A DNA stretch of 59,332 bases from a virus (taxonomy: Duplodnaviria > Caudoviricetes), in the IMG/VR virus record IMGVR_UViG_3300007522_000023, positions 1 to 59,332 of that record; one strand, written 5' to 3'. The notes under the pieces are model-generated. The model did no database searches. It saw only the letters and a program-made list of their open reading frames with translations, and had not been told where the DNA came from. Shown here piece after piece: positions 9,882 to 19,962 of the stretch (positions within the stretch are counted from its first letter, which is position 1; each line of letters begins with the position of its first letter). A program made the translations under genes and the position numbers.

Positions 9882-10453
9882 TGACACAACCAGCTCCAGT
9901 TAATTTAGAATCACTTAAAGGAATTCTTGCAAAGTCAAAAGCTGTAATGAATAAAATAAGTGGTTTAGAACCAAAACAAAATTCATCTAGACAACTAAGT
10001 GAGGATTATTCTAATAACTATAGTGAGTCACCATATTATGACGAGAGAGATGAAAGGGAATCAAATTATGACGAGAAACCACAAGTAACTCCATCTATGG
10101 CACCAAAAATTTATACTGACGAACAAGTGATGAATTCAAAACTACCTCAAGCAATTAAAGAAGCCATGATGAAACGTCCTATACCTATGCTACAAGGACC
10201 ACCATCTAGTTTTACTCTTGATGATGTATCTGAATTAGTTGATAAACCTAAACCTACTCAATTAAGAGAAAGTCGTAGAGAGTCTAATTCTGATATGATT
10301 ACAGTTAGTAAAAAAGAACTACAAGAAATGATTAAAGAAGGTGTTGGTCAGTATTTTAAAGATGATTATGAAAAAAGAATCACGGAAACAGCGATTAAAA
10401 GAACCATTAATGTTTTAATTAAAGAAGGTAAACTAAACATGAAAACAAAATAA
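9881..10453 (+). CDS. Hypothetical protein, possibly head-internal
   Basis: ORF; several L/I-x-E motifs (LSE, LRE, IKE, ITE). Confidence 0.65.
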   Translation: MTQPAPVNLESLKGILAKSKAVMNKISGLEPKQNSSRQLSEDYSNNYSESPYYDERDERESNYDEKPQVTPSMAPKIYTDEQVMNSKLPQAIKEAMMKRPIPMLQGPPSSFTLDDVSELVDKPKPTQLRESRRESNSDMITVSKKELQEMIKEGVGQYFKDDYEKRITETAIKRTINVLIKEGKLNMKTK

Positions 10454-10471
10454 ATAATTTAAAATAAAAAT

Positions 10472-10497
10472 AAAAGGTCTTAATTGACCTTTTTTTA
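10472..10497 (+). terminator. Intrinsic terminator
   Basis: AAAAGGTC-ttaatt-GACCTTTT followed by a T-run, just after the 10453 stop. Confidence 0.8.
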
Positions 10498-10559
10498 TTT
10501 ACTAATGTTTTTTATATGCTATATTTATGATATTAACAAAAGTTTTTAATAGAAAATAT

Positions 10560-11828
10560 ATGAGAAAATTAAAAGTATTAGTAGTTCCTAGTGATAGAAC
10601 TGGAGTAGGTTATTTCCGTTCAACAAGCCCACATCTAGCGTTAGAAGCTAACTACCCTAACGAATTCCACGTTGATATAGACCATGAACCAAATTTAGAT
10701 GATGAAGAATGGTTAAGACAATACGATATTGTTCATTACCACAGAACTCTAGGTCATTACGATAACATGCAATTAGTTATTGATAAACTTAACCGTCTAG
10801 GTATTGTTTCTATTATGGATTTGGACGATTATTGGTCACCAGGCGAACACCATCCAGTATACCATTTAATTAAACAAGCTGGCATCGATAAAATGATATT
10901 AAATAATATTAAGATAGCTGAAAATGTTACAACAACTACATCTATATTTGCTGAAGAAATTGCTAAATTTAACAAGAATGTTTTTGTTCTTGCAAACGCA
11001 ATAGACCCAAAAGAAAAACAATATATACCTAATTTAGAACCTTCAAATAGAGTTCGAATTGGGTGGCTAGGTGGTTCTTCACATTTACATGATTTAAAAA
11101 TATTAAACGGTGTAGTTGGTAAATTAAGAATTGAAGGCTTACTGGATAAAGTACAATTTGTTTTATGTGGTTTTGATATTAGAGGTTCGCATACTGAAAT
11201 TGATAATGTAACTGGTGAACAGAAAACTAGGACCATTAAACCAACCGAAAGCGTTTGGTTTCAATATGAAAAGATATTTACAGATGATTATAAAACTGTA
11301 AGTCCAGAATATAAAGATTTTTTAATGAGATTTTCACCTAATGAAGAATATAAAGATATTGCTAATGAAGCTTATAGGCGTGTTTGGACAAAACCAATAT
11401 CATCATATGCTACAAACTATAATTTGTTTGATATCTGTTTAGCACCGATTGAAGATAATATCTTCAATAAAGTTAAATCACAATTAAAAGTAATTGAGGC
11501 TGGTTTTCACCGTAAAGCTATTATTGCTCAAGATTCTGGACCATATCAAATTGATATTAAAAATGCCATTCAATATGGTGGTGGTTTTGATTTAACAGCT
11601 AATGGGATTCTTATAGATTCAAATAAAAATAAAAAAGATTGGTATACTGCTATTAAGAAATTAATTCAAAATCCAGATGTTGTTAAAACATTACAAGATA
11701 ATCTTCACGAAACAATTAAAGATACGTATTCTATGGATAAAGTTACTGAAGAAAGAAGAAAACTATATTTAGATTTAATTGTTTCGAAAAAAAACAAAGT
11801 AGATATTTTAGAACAAAACACGATTTAA
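10560..11828 (+). CDS. GT-B fold glycosyltransferase (GT4-like); start revised to ATG 10560
   Basis: G.GYFR..P, DLDDYW, IGWLGGSSHLHDL, DICLAPI....FNKVKSQLKVIEAG motifs. Confidence 0.85.
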   Translation: MRKLKVLVVPSDRTGVGYFRSTSPHLALEANYPNEFHVDIDHEPNLDDEEWLRQYDIVHYHRTLGHYDNMQLVIDKLNRLGIVSIMDLDDYWSPGEHHPVYHLIKQAGIDKMILNNIKIAENVTTTTSIFAEEIAKFNKNVFVLANAIDPKEKQYIPNLEPSNRVRIGWLGGSSHLHDLKILNGVVGKLRIEGLLDKVQFVLCGFDIRGSHTEIDNVTGEQKTRTIKPTESVWFQYEKIFTDDYKTVSPEYKDFLMRFSPNEEYKDIANEAYRRVWTKPISSYATNYNLFDICLAPIEDNIFNKVKSQLKVIEAGFHRKAIIAQDSGPYQIDIKNAIQYGGGFDLTANGILIDSNKNKKDWYTAIKKLIQNPDVVKTLQDNLHETIKDTYSMDKVTEERRKLYLDLIVSKKNKVDILEQNTI

Positions 11829-11841
11829 TTTTATAAAAATA

Positions 11842-11872
11842 TTGTTTTTATAGTTTATAGTTAGTATATTTG
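11842..11872 (+). promoter_or_regulatory. Bacteroidota sigma-A-type promoter (TTG-N20-TATATTTG)
   Basis: Matches the established -33 TTG / -7 TAnnTTTG consensus; TATATTTG recurs at 13071-13078. Confidence 0.6.
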
Positions 11873-11903
11873 TATGAATAACAAAATTATAAATTATAAT
11901 ATT

Positions 11904-12461
11904 ATGTCTTTAGAAAGAGTAAAAATAGTGTCTAACTCAAAAAAGTATTTTGACACTGCAAATAAGTTAGGTTTTATGACCGAAGAATTAATAACGTTCT
12001 TAGGTGAACCATTTATTACGGCACCAGCCTCGACAATGACAGACTTACACAACGCATTTGAAGGTGGTCTAATCGACCATCTTCTAAGAGTTGGTTCTTA
12101 TGCTGTTAAATTTAATAACGCATTACCAGAAGAAGAACAAGTTAACCAAACTTCATTACTTAAAGTTTGTCTTTTACACCAAATCGGTAAAGCTCATCTT
12201 TACATACCTTGCATGTCTGAATGGCATAGAAAAAACCAAGGTAAAATGTATGAATTTAATTCTAATATTTCTTCTATGAGAGTAGGTGAAAGAAGTGTAT
12301 ACTATGCATTATCTAATGGGATTAAATTAAATGATGAGGAATTCACAGCTATTTTAAATCATGACAAACTAGATGATAAAATGTCTACTTTCCACAATTC
12401 AACTATTGGTGATTTGTTAAAAAGTGCCATTGTATTTTCAATAAAAAATGAAAAAAAATAA
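11904..12461 (+). CDS. HD-domain (YhaM-like) protein with HD changed to HQ
   Basis: APAS....HNAFEGGLIDHLLRV ... CLLHQIGK ... AILNHD. The track start at 11874 is possible, but 11904 fits the promoter better. Confidence 0.75.
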   Translation: MSLERVKIVSNSKKYFDTANKLGFMTEELITFLGEPFITAPASTMTDLHNAFEGGLIDHLLRVGSYAVKFNNALPEEEQVNQTSLLKVCLLHQIGKAHLYIPCMSEWHRKNQGKMYEFNSNISSMRVGERSVYYALSNGIKLNDEEFTAILNHDKLDDKMSTFHNSTIGDLLKSAIVFSIKNEKK

Positions 12462-12467
12462 GAAATA

Positions 12468-13046
12468 ATGGATATATACGAAAGAATGAAATCTAGGATT
12501 TTAGATGTTGCTGATTTATCACATCCTTACACACAAGAAGATTTTGATACGGAGTTTAATAATATAAATGAAATTACAACTGATTTAGATTATTATAAAA
12601 GTAAAATTAATTTTAAAAATGATTCAACAAATGAAGACCCTAAGTACGCAACAAATGGTTCTTCTGGTTTTGATTTAAGAGCTAATTTAGAATCAGATAT
12701 TTTAATCGAATCTGGACACCGATGTATCATACCTACTGGTTTATATTTTGAGATTCCACAAAATACTGAGATTCAAATTAGGTCTAGAAGTGGTTTAGCT
12801 GCAAAAAATGGTGTTGTTGTGTTAAATTCACCTGGCACAATCGACGCAGATTATCGTGGTGAGATTAAAGTAATTTTAATAAACCATAATAATAGCGATT
12901 TTGTAGTCAAACATGGTGATAGAATAGCTCAAGCTGTTGTCGCTTCAGTTATTGCTAATAATCATGTAAAATTAAATAAAGTAGATACTATAGATGAAAA
13001 CACCGAGCGTGGTTCTGGAGGTTTTGGTTCAACTGGTATATTATAA
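12468..13046 (+). CDS. dut: Trimeric dUTPase with N-terminal extension
   Basis: GFDL, RSRSGLA, GTIDADYRGE, GDRIAQ and RGSGGFGSTG: all five motifs present. Confidence 0.97.
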   Translation: MDIYERMKSRILDVADLSHPYTQEDFDTEFNNINEITTDLDYYKSKINFKNDSTNEDPKYATNGSSGFDLRANLESDILIESGHRCIIPTGLYFEIPQNTEIQIRSRSGLAAKNGVVVLNSPGTIDADYRGEIKVILINHNNSDFVVKHGDRIAQAVVASVIANNHVKLNKVDTIDENTERGSGGFGSTGIL

Positions 13047-13082
13047 CTTTATTATTTATTTATTTAAGAGTATATTTGTATC

Positions 13083-14756
13083 ATGGAAAGAAATATAATA
13101 AACGGTATAACTGTTGTTTGTTCATCACAACACGATTTAAAATCACATGAAGAACACATTAAAAAAACTTCTGGTCTACATAATAAAATAGAATTTTTAG
13201 GGTATAAAAATAATGGTGAATTTTCATTAACTGAAATATACAATAAGGGACTATCTAAAGCTTCTAATGATATTGTTGTTTTTTTACATCATGACTTAAC
13301 TATTGAGACTAAACAATGGGGTAAAAAACTATTAAAAACATTTGAGAAGAATCCTCAATATGGTATTTTAGGTGTTGCTGGTACTAAATACATGTCAGAA
13401 AATGGTCAATGGTGGTCTAAAACTAAGAAAATGTATGGGCGTGTTGCGCATACACACGAAGGTAAAACTTGGTTATCTACTTATTCAGATGATTTAGGGC
13501 AATCTATTGAAGAAACTGTGGTTGTTGATGGACTTTTCTTTGCTGTTGATAAAACTAAAATTAAGAGTGATTTCAATAAAGATGTTAAAGGTTTTCATTT
13601 CTATGATGTAACATTTTGTTTTGAAAACTATATTAAAGGTGTTAAAATAGGTGTTATTACCTCCATTAGAATAAATCATAAATCTATTGGTATTACAAAT
13701 GAGCAATGGGAGACTAATAGAATTCAATTTTCTGAAACATTTAAAGATAAATTACCAGTATCTATAAAAAGAGAATTACGTAAAGGTGAAAAATTAAATA
13801 TACTTATTGGATGTTTAAGTTTTGCTAATTATACTGGTTCTGAACTATATGTATTCGAATTAGCTAAACAATTAATTAAAGATAATTGTAATGTTAGTAT
13901 ATGTTCAAATATTGGTGAACCATTACTATCAGCTGCAAATAAATTAGGTGTTAAAATGTATTCACTACAAGAACCACCTAGTTATAAATTAGGTGATGGT
14001 AAGACTAGCATCAACACTCCTAACGGTCCAGTAGTTACTCAAGAAGGTTCACTATATAAAATAAATAATATAGATTTCGATGTGATACATGTAAATCACA
14101 AACCAGTTACTGAGCATCTTTTAAGAATGTTTCCAGACACACCAATGATTTCTTCTATTCATTCTGAAGTTATTAGTTTAGAAGAGCCAGTCTTATCAAC
14201 ACAAATAAAGAAATATATAGCAATACGTCCAGAAATAAAGGAATATATTGTCAATAAATTCGGTGTGGAATCAGATGATGTTTCAGTTATTTATAATCCA
14301 ATAGACGATGAAAAATTTAAACCAGTTATTACACCACCTAGAAAAGGCGGTAAACGCATCTTATTTGTGGGTACTATAGATTACCTAAGAAAACAAACGA
14401 TTCAAGAACTAATAACCGTTACTAAAACAGAAGGTAATGAATTATGGATTGTTGGTAGTAAAAATGAAACTTATTTAGATGAAATGATTGAAGGTCAACA
14501 ACATGTTAAATACTATGAACCAACTCCAAATGTTGAGAAGTATATTCAACAATGTGATGAGACTGCTGGGATATTATTGGGTAGAACAACAATAGAAGGA
14601 TGGATGTGTGGTAAAAAAGGATGGATATATGATATTGATTCTTATGGTAATATTTTATCTAAAGATTTACATGATATACCTTCTGACATTGATAAATTTA
14701 AAAGTGGTAATATTGCTAAAGAGATAATTGATGAATATAAATTAATAATTGAATAA
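13083..14756 (+). CDS. Two-domain glycosyltransferase (GT-A/GT2-like plus GT-B/GT4-like)
   Basis: N-half: YNKG...VFLHHD...VDGLF...GFHFYD; C-half: TGSELYVFELAKQL, IYNPID, ILFVGT, GRTTIEG. Confidence 0.85.
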   Translation: MERNIINGITVVCSSQHDLKSHEEHIKKTSGLHNKIEFLGYKNNGEFSLTEIYNKGLSKASNDIVVFLHHDLTIETKQWGKKLLKTFEKNPQYGILGVAGTKYMSENGQWWSKTKKMYGRVAHTHEGKTWLSTYSDDLGQSIEETVVVDGLFFAVDKTKIKSDFNKDVKGFHFYDVTFCFENYIKGVKIGVITSIRINHKSIGITNEQWETNRIQFSETFKDKLPVSIKRELRKGEKLNILIGCLSFANYTGSELYVFELAKQLIKDNCNVSICSNIGEPLLSAANKLGVKMYSLQEPPSYKLGDGKTSINTPNGPVVTQEGSLYKINNIDFDVIHVNHKPVTEHLLRMFPDTPMISSIHSEVISLEEPVLSTQIKKYIAIRPEIKEYIVNKFGVESDDVSVIYNPIDDEKFKPVITPPRKGGKRILFVGTIDYLRKQTIQELITVTKTEGNELWIVGSKNETYLDEMIEGQQHVKYYEPTPNVEKYIQQCDETAGILLGRTTIEGWMCGKKGWIYDIDSYGNILSKDLHDIPSDIDKFKSGNIAKEIIDEYKLIIE

Positions 14757-15706
14757 TGAATTTACTTAAATGGTTTAATAAAAAGATGGCTATTTTAACG
14801 TTAGCTATGGCTAGTGTTGAAAAAAACACATTATCACAATTAGGTGATACAACTCAAGCTACTACTAATAAAATACAAAGAAATAATCAAGGTACTTTGG
14901 CCGATTCACTTAAACAAGGTGAGATTACTCAAGAGGTTTTAGATATGCGTTGGAGAACATATAAAGTTCTTAGAGAAGGTGATAATTTATCTTCAAAAAT
15001 TGTTGGTTACGATGAAAATGGTATGCCAATAGTTAAAACAATTAAAAAGGATAAAAAATCTGGGTTAACTAAAGTTAAAATGGATAGTGAAGATTCATAC
15101 CCTTTAGAGATGCTTTTAGATAATACTGAAATAGTTACAAGTGGTAATAATGCTATGGATAATGAATATATTAGTATATTTGATGAAATAGAGAAAAAAC
15201 AAAACGAAGAAGGTGATGATGTAGCTAGTCATGGTAAGATTAGTTCAAGCGAATTCTTCGCAACAAATAAAACTGAAAAACCAATCATTATCCAACGAGA
15301 TTTTATACCAAAATTCGAAATAGAAAACTATACCAAAAAATTAAATATACGTAAAATAGATGACTCTAAAAGACTTTTAGAGTTTTATGTTAGTGTTTAT
15401 CCAGATGAGTATAATAGAACGTCTAGACTCTTTATTAGTGAGGTTAAGAAAGCTATTGTTGACCCAAGTAAAATAGATATGTTAACATTTTCTAAAGTTA
15501 ATTTTGTTACGTATAAGACTATGGGTGCTAATGATTTCTTAGAGTATCAATATGGAAATATTGAATTTGATAAGATTGTAGAATTTAATGGTCATTATGT
15601 TATTAAATTCATTTCTAATATTGTTATAGATGGTGAAGATACTTTGGAGAAGTTTCGTCAAAATGGTTTAGATAAAAAATATGTGAATAAAGAAGAAAAA
15701 AAATGA
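14756..15706 (+). CDS. Hypothetical protein
   Basis: 316-aa ORF translationally coupled on both sides; no motif recognised. Confidence 0.7.
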   Translation: MNLLKWFNKKMAILTLAMASVEKNTLSQLGDTTQATTNKIQRNNQGTLADSLKQGEITQEVLDMRWRTYKVLREGDNLSSKIVGYDENGMPIVKTIKKDKKSGLTKVKMDSEDSYPLEMLLDNTEIVTSGNNAMDNEYISIFDEIEKKQNEEGDDVASHGKISSSEFFATNKTEKPIIIQRDFIPKFEIENYTKKLNIRKIDDSKRLLEFYVSVYPDEYNRTSRLFISEVKKAIVDPSKIDMLTFSKVNFVTYKTMGANDFLEYQYGNIEFDKIVEFNGHYVIKFISNIVIDGEDTLEKFRQNGLDKKYVNKEEKK

Positions 15707-16362
15707 ATTTAGTAATTAAATTTCCAACTAGGAATAGACCACATAAATTTTTAACAGTATTAAATAAGTATATTTCTAAACTAGATGATAAAAATACTAG
15801 AATAATTGTTAGTTGTGATATTGATGATGAGACAATGAATAATGATAATATGAAAGAAATCATATCAGAATATCATACTGTCACATTAAATTTCACGGAT
15901 AATAAATCAAAAATTGCTGCTATAAATGCGGATTTAGAAGGTGTAGATTTTGATATATTATTATTAGCTTCTGATGATATGATTCCACAAGTTAAAGGTT
16001 ATGACTCTATCATCAAAGAAAAGATGGTGACGTTATATCCAGACACAGATGGTGTATTGTGGTTCAACGATGGTTACCAAGGAAATAAATTAAACACTTT
16101 ATCAATTTTAGGTAAAAAATATTATGATAGGTTCAATTATATTTATAACCCAGAATATATTTCAGTTTGGTGTGATAACGAATTTATGGATGTTGCGAAT
16201 ATATTGGGAAAACAAACTTATATTAATGATGTAATAATTAAACACGAACACCCAGATTGGGGTCATGGTGATAGAGATGTTATTCACGGACTTAATTCAA
16301 AACATGAAACACACGATAGAACTCTTTACAATAATAGAAAACTTATTAAATTTGAAATATGA
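15703..16362 (+). CDS. GT-A fold glycosyltransferase (GT2-like)
   Basis: FPTRNRP, SKIAAIN, LLASDDM, WCDNEF, HEHP motifs. Confidence 0.8.
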   Translation: MNLVIKFPTRNRPHKFLTVLNKYISKLDDKNTRIIVSCDIDDETMNNDNMKEIISEYHTVTLNFTDNKSKIAAINADLEGVDFDILLLASDDMIPQVKGYDSIIKEKMVTLYPDTDGVLWFNDGYQGNKLNTLSILGKKYYDRFNYIYNPEYISVWCDNEFMDVANILGKQTYINDVIIKHEHPDWGHGDRDVIHGLNSKHETHDRTLYNNRKLIKFEI

Positions 16363-17189
16363 AAGTAGCCTTTAATACAATGTTTAAAAATGAATCTAGA
16401 TTATTAGATGTAGTTTTACCAATATGGTCCAAATATAAAGTTGATTTATTTGTTTTTTACGATGATAATTCAACTGATAATTCTATTGAAATAATAGCAA
16501 AACATTTAGATAAAAGTAGATATGTCATTTTTAATGATAAATTAGAATCTTTTAATGAAGGGTACCAAAGACAAAAAATGATTGATGAAAGTATTCAATT
16601 AGATATGGATATATTACTATGTATTGATGTCGATGAATTACTTACATCAACAATTGTAAACGACTGGGACAACTTCTTAGAAGTTTATAAAACACATGAT
16701 ATGGAATTATTTTGGTATAATAGTGTTAATGATTCGTTAGAAAATTATAGAAATGACCCAGCATATAATAGTAATTATAGAACATTTGTTTTACCAGTGA
16801 CAGATATTGGTAGATTGAACACTTCAAACTATAAATATCACTCACCCAGAACACCTTTTGTTAATTTACCTAAAACACGAAGTAAACATTATGGAGTTAT
16901 TCACTTACAAGCTATTAGTACTAGATATTATGTAATAAAACAATTATGGTATAAACACCATGAATTTGTTAATTATGGTCATAGTGTTGAATTTATTAAT
17001 GAAAGATATGACCCAGTTATTAATGGGTTAAATTTCAATCAAGCTAAAATTAGTGAAGAAATGATTGATGGGATAACTATCGATTTATCTGTTTTTGATA
17101 AATTAGAAGAAGAAAAAGGTTATTTAACATTCATTAAAGAAAATTATAATGAGGAGCTTATTACGTTTGGTAATGAATTTTTATTATGA
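16359..17189 (+). CDS. GT2-like glycosyltransferase
   Basis: MFKNE, YDDNSTDNS, CIDVDE (DxD). Confidence 0.8.
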   Translation: MKVAFNTMFKNESRLLDVVLPIWSKYKVDLFVFYDDNSTDNSIEIIAKHLDKSRYVIFNDKLESFNEGYQRQKMIDESIQLDMDILLCIDVDELLTSTIVNDWDNFLEVYKTHDMELFWYNSVNDSLENYRNDPAYNSNYRTFVLPVTDIGRLNTSNYKYHSPRTPFVNLPKTRSKHYGVIHLQAISTRYYVIKQLWYKHHEFVNYGHSVEFINERYDPVINGLNFNQAKISEEMIDGITIDLSVFDKLEEEKGYLTFIKENYNEELITFGNEFLL

Positions 17190-17929
17190 GCTTAACTATT
17201 GGAATAACGACCTTTTCGAAAAGATTTGATTTAGTTAGTAAACTAATTAACCAAATTAGGGAAATTAATAAAACTGATAAAATTTTACTATGTATAAATG
17301 GTGAGAAAGATGGTAATTTTAATGAAGAATATAGAGAAAATATATTAAATCTATGTGTTAAGTATAATGATGTTTTCCCAATATTTTTTATTGAAATGAG
17401 AGGATTAAGTAAAATGTGGAATACACTAGTAGTAAACTCAGATAAAGAAAATATTTTATTATTAAATGATGACTTAGAGATATATGAACCTACAATTTTT
17501 GAGCAAATAAAAACTCACATGAACTCTGCTGATTATAATGGGTTTACTAGAATAAATAATTCTTTTTCTCATTTTTTAATTGATAAAAATGTTATTGATG
17601 ATTTAGGTTATTTTGATGAGAGATTATTAGGTTTTGGTGAAGAAGATGGGGATATATATTATAGATGTATAAAAAAAAATGTTAAAATAACTGATACAAA
17701 CATTATAGGTTTTAATAACTTAATATCAAATATACGACATGATGAAGTTAAAAATGGTATTGGTAAATATTCTAAATTTAACAGAGATTTTATTTATGAA
17801 TACAAATACTTACCAGACCAAACAAGCCCATTTAAAGGTATGTTCGATAGTCCAATGAAACAATTAATTGAAGACGTTAAATTATACCCATATGAAACGT
17901 TCTTTAAAGAAAATAAAAATAATCTATAA
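17186..17929 (+). CDS. GT2 glycosyltransferase
   Basis: IGITT, GLSKMWN, LLNDD, GYFDE...GEEDGD. Confidence 0.85.
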   Translation: MSLTIGITTFSKRFDLVSKLINQIREINKTDKILLCINGEKDGNFNEEYRENILNLCVKYNDVFPIFFIEMRGLSKMWNTLVVNSDKENILLLNDDLEIYEPTIFEQIKTHMNSADYNGFTRINNSFSHFLIDKNVIDDLGYFDERLLGFGEEDGDIYYRCIKKNVKITDTNIIGFNNLISNIRHDEVKNGIGKYSKFNRDFIYEYKYLPDQTSPFKGMFDSPMKQLIEDVKLYPYETFFKENKNNL

Positions 17930-19155
17930 TGTATATTAATGGGTTAAGTGGTGATATAACAATTAATTTATTTAAAACTGATGAAAATAAACGTGAAATA
18001 AATGTTCACGTATTAAAAAGCGTAAGACCAATTGGTGATTCTTTATTCTACCCAAATATACTTTTTATAAAATATAATTCAACACCAAAGTTAATAATTA
18101 ACCCTCTAGATGAAAAAATAATGTCGTTAGAAAAAACAACTAAAAAAACAACTTTTAGTGACGACAAAATACTTAATTTATCAGAAATTAAACATCACGA
18201 AAGTAATCCAGTATTTTTCTTTGTATATAACACTGAAAATTATTTCCATTTTATTTATGACACACTACCATACTTAATCTCATATTTTGAAGTTAAAAAG
18301 GATAATCCAAAGCTTAAGTTGTTAATGAATTTTCCTAATAAAAATAATGAATTTTATAAATTTGTTAGTGAGTTATTATTAATTATAGGTATTAAACATG
18401 AAGATATTTTAATCATTGATAATAATACAACTTATGAAACTGTGTTTATATCAGACTCTTATACACATGGAATCGACTCCAATCTACCACCAAGAGCTGA
18501 ATTAAAAACTCTATATAAAAATATTGTTAATAAAGTAAAAAATAATACTGATTACCCTAAAAATATCTATGTATCTAGAAGAAGTTGGGTACATGGTGAT
18601 ATGTCTAACATAGGTACAAACTACACTACTAGACGTAAACTAGTAAATGAAGATGAATTAGTTTTATTATTAAAAAAACACGATTTTGTTGAGGTTTTCA
18701 CTGAAAATATGAGTATGGTTGATAAGATAAATTTATTCGCTAATGCTGAAAATATAATAGGACCAATTGGTGGTGGTTTAGTTAATTCAGTTTTTTCTAA
18801 AAAAGATTGTAATCTAATTTCAATAATGTCACCAGAATTCATTAATGTAAATAAAAGGTTTATTTTTTCAATTAATGGTGTAAATTTAAAAACGTTCGAA
18901 GATACTAAACATACTGAAAAAACTGATTTTAAATTATATATGCGAGTTGAAGTTGATAATATTGTGGGTGAGATAATCGATATAACTGGTAATAAATGTA
19001 AAATATCGTATAGTGACACTTCTGTTTCTGGTTGGAATAGTGAAAGCAAATACAAACAAAAAGAATGTTACCTCTCAGATTGTATAAAATTAGATAACGG
19101 GTTAAATTCATCATGGGAAATTAATTTAACTAAATTTAAAGAAAAATATTTATGA
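17929..19155 (+). CDS. GT61/DUF563-like glycosyltransferase
   Basis: NYFHFIYDTLP, IYVSR, RKLVNEDE, F.NAE.IIGPIGGGLVN. Confidence 0.8.
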   Translation: MYINGLSGDITINLFKTDENKREINVHVLKSVRPIGDSLFYPNILFIKYNSTPKLIINPLDEKIMSLEKTTKKTTFSDDKILNLSEIKHHESNPVFFFVYNTENYFHFIYDTLPYLISYFEVKKDNPKLKLLMNFPNKNNEFYKFVSELLLIIGIKHEDILIIDNNTTYETVFISDSYTHGIDSNLPPRAELKTLYKNIVNKVKNNTDYPKNIYVSRRSWVHGDMSNIGTNYTTRRKLVNEDELVLLLKKHDFVEVFTENMSMVDKINLFANAENIIGPIGGGLVNSVFSKKDCNLISIMSPEFINVNKRFIFSINGVNLKTFEDTKHTEKTDFKLYMRVEVDNIVGEIIDITGNKCKISYSDTSVSGWNSESKYKQKECYLSDCIKLDNGLNSSWEINLTKFKEKYL

Positions 19156-19961
19156 TTAATTATATAATTTACAGTCACACATCATATTTAGATGTGTTAA
19201 ATATTCAAAGTGACCATATAGAAAAATATGAAAACACTACATTATTTATTAACACTAATAACGATGATAATATTACCCAAATTTATGATAAGTTCAAGCG
19301 AGTTATATTTTATAATGATTCACAACCATACGCAAAACGTTTAATTGAATGTATTGAACAAATTGATGATAAATATTTTTTACTTATTCACGATATTGAT
19401 ATTTTATTGTCTGTTGATGAAGAAATAATATTGAAATTGTATAATTTCATGGAAACTAAATGTGTTGATAGGGTTGATTTAAAACAAGCACCTAATTTGA
19501 ATACAAATGAAGTAATTAAATTTGGTCACGATACACCAAACGATAAGATGATACCAACACTACCTTCTGAGATTATCGATGGTTTATATCTAATTAAACA
19601 AGAAATACCAGAGGATTACATTTACAATGTTAACCCATCAATATGGTATAGAGAATCTTTTTTAACATTACTTAATATTTTCCCAAATAAAACTTATCGT
19701 GATATTGAAGGTATGGATGTTCAAAGATTCTCAACTAATTTATTAATATATAAATTATTTACATTAAAACCAATTAAATGTGGTTATTTTGAGTGTTTAG
19801 ATATATTTAAATTTTTACATATAAGTCATAGCGGAAAATTATTATTACTTAATGAAAAATATGAAACAGAATATGGTCAATCATATGTAGATGTTAGTGA
19901 TGAATATATAAATATTATCAATAAGTATAATCTTAAGGTATCAGATAAATGGGTAAATTAA
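19152..19961 (+). CDS. Putative GT-A glycosyltransferase, paralogue of 20874..21662
   Basis: HDIDIL DxD motif; shares INY.IYSH.S..D.L.IQ, DRVD, YIYNVNPSIW and CGYF.CL..FK.LHI with 20874. Confidence 0.6.
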   Translation: MINYIIYSHTSYLDVLNIQSDHIEKYENTTLFINTNNDDNITQIYDKFKRVIFYNDSQPYAKRLIECIEQIDDKYFLLIHDIDILLSVDEEIILKLYNFMETKCVDRVDLKQAPNLNTNEVIKFGHDTPNDKMIPTLPSEIIDGLYLIKQEIPEDYIYNVNPSIWYRESFLTLLNIFPNKTYRDIEGMDVQRFSTNLLIYKLFTLKPIKCGYFECLDIFKFLHISHSGKLLLLNEKYETEYGQSYVDVSDEYINIINKYNLKVSDKWVN

Positions 19962-19962
19962 T

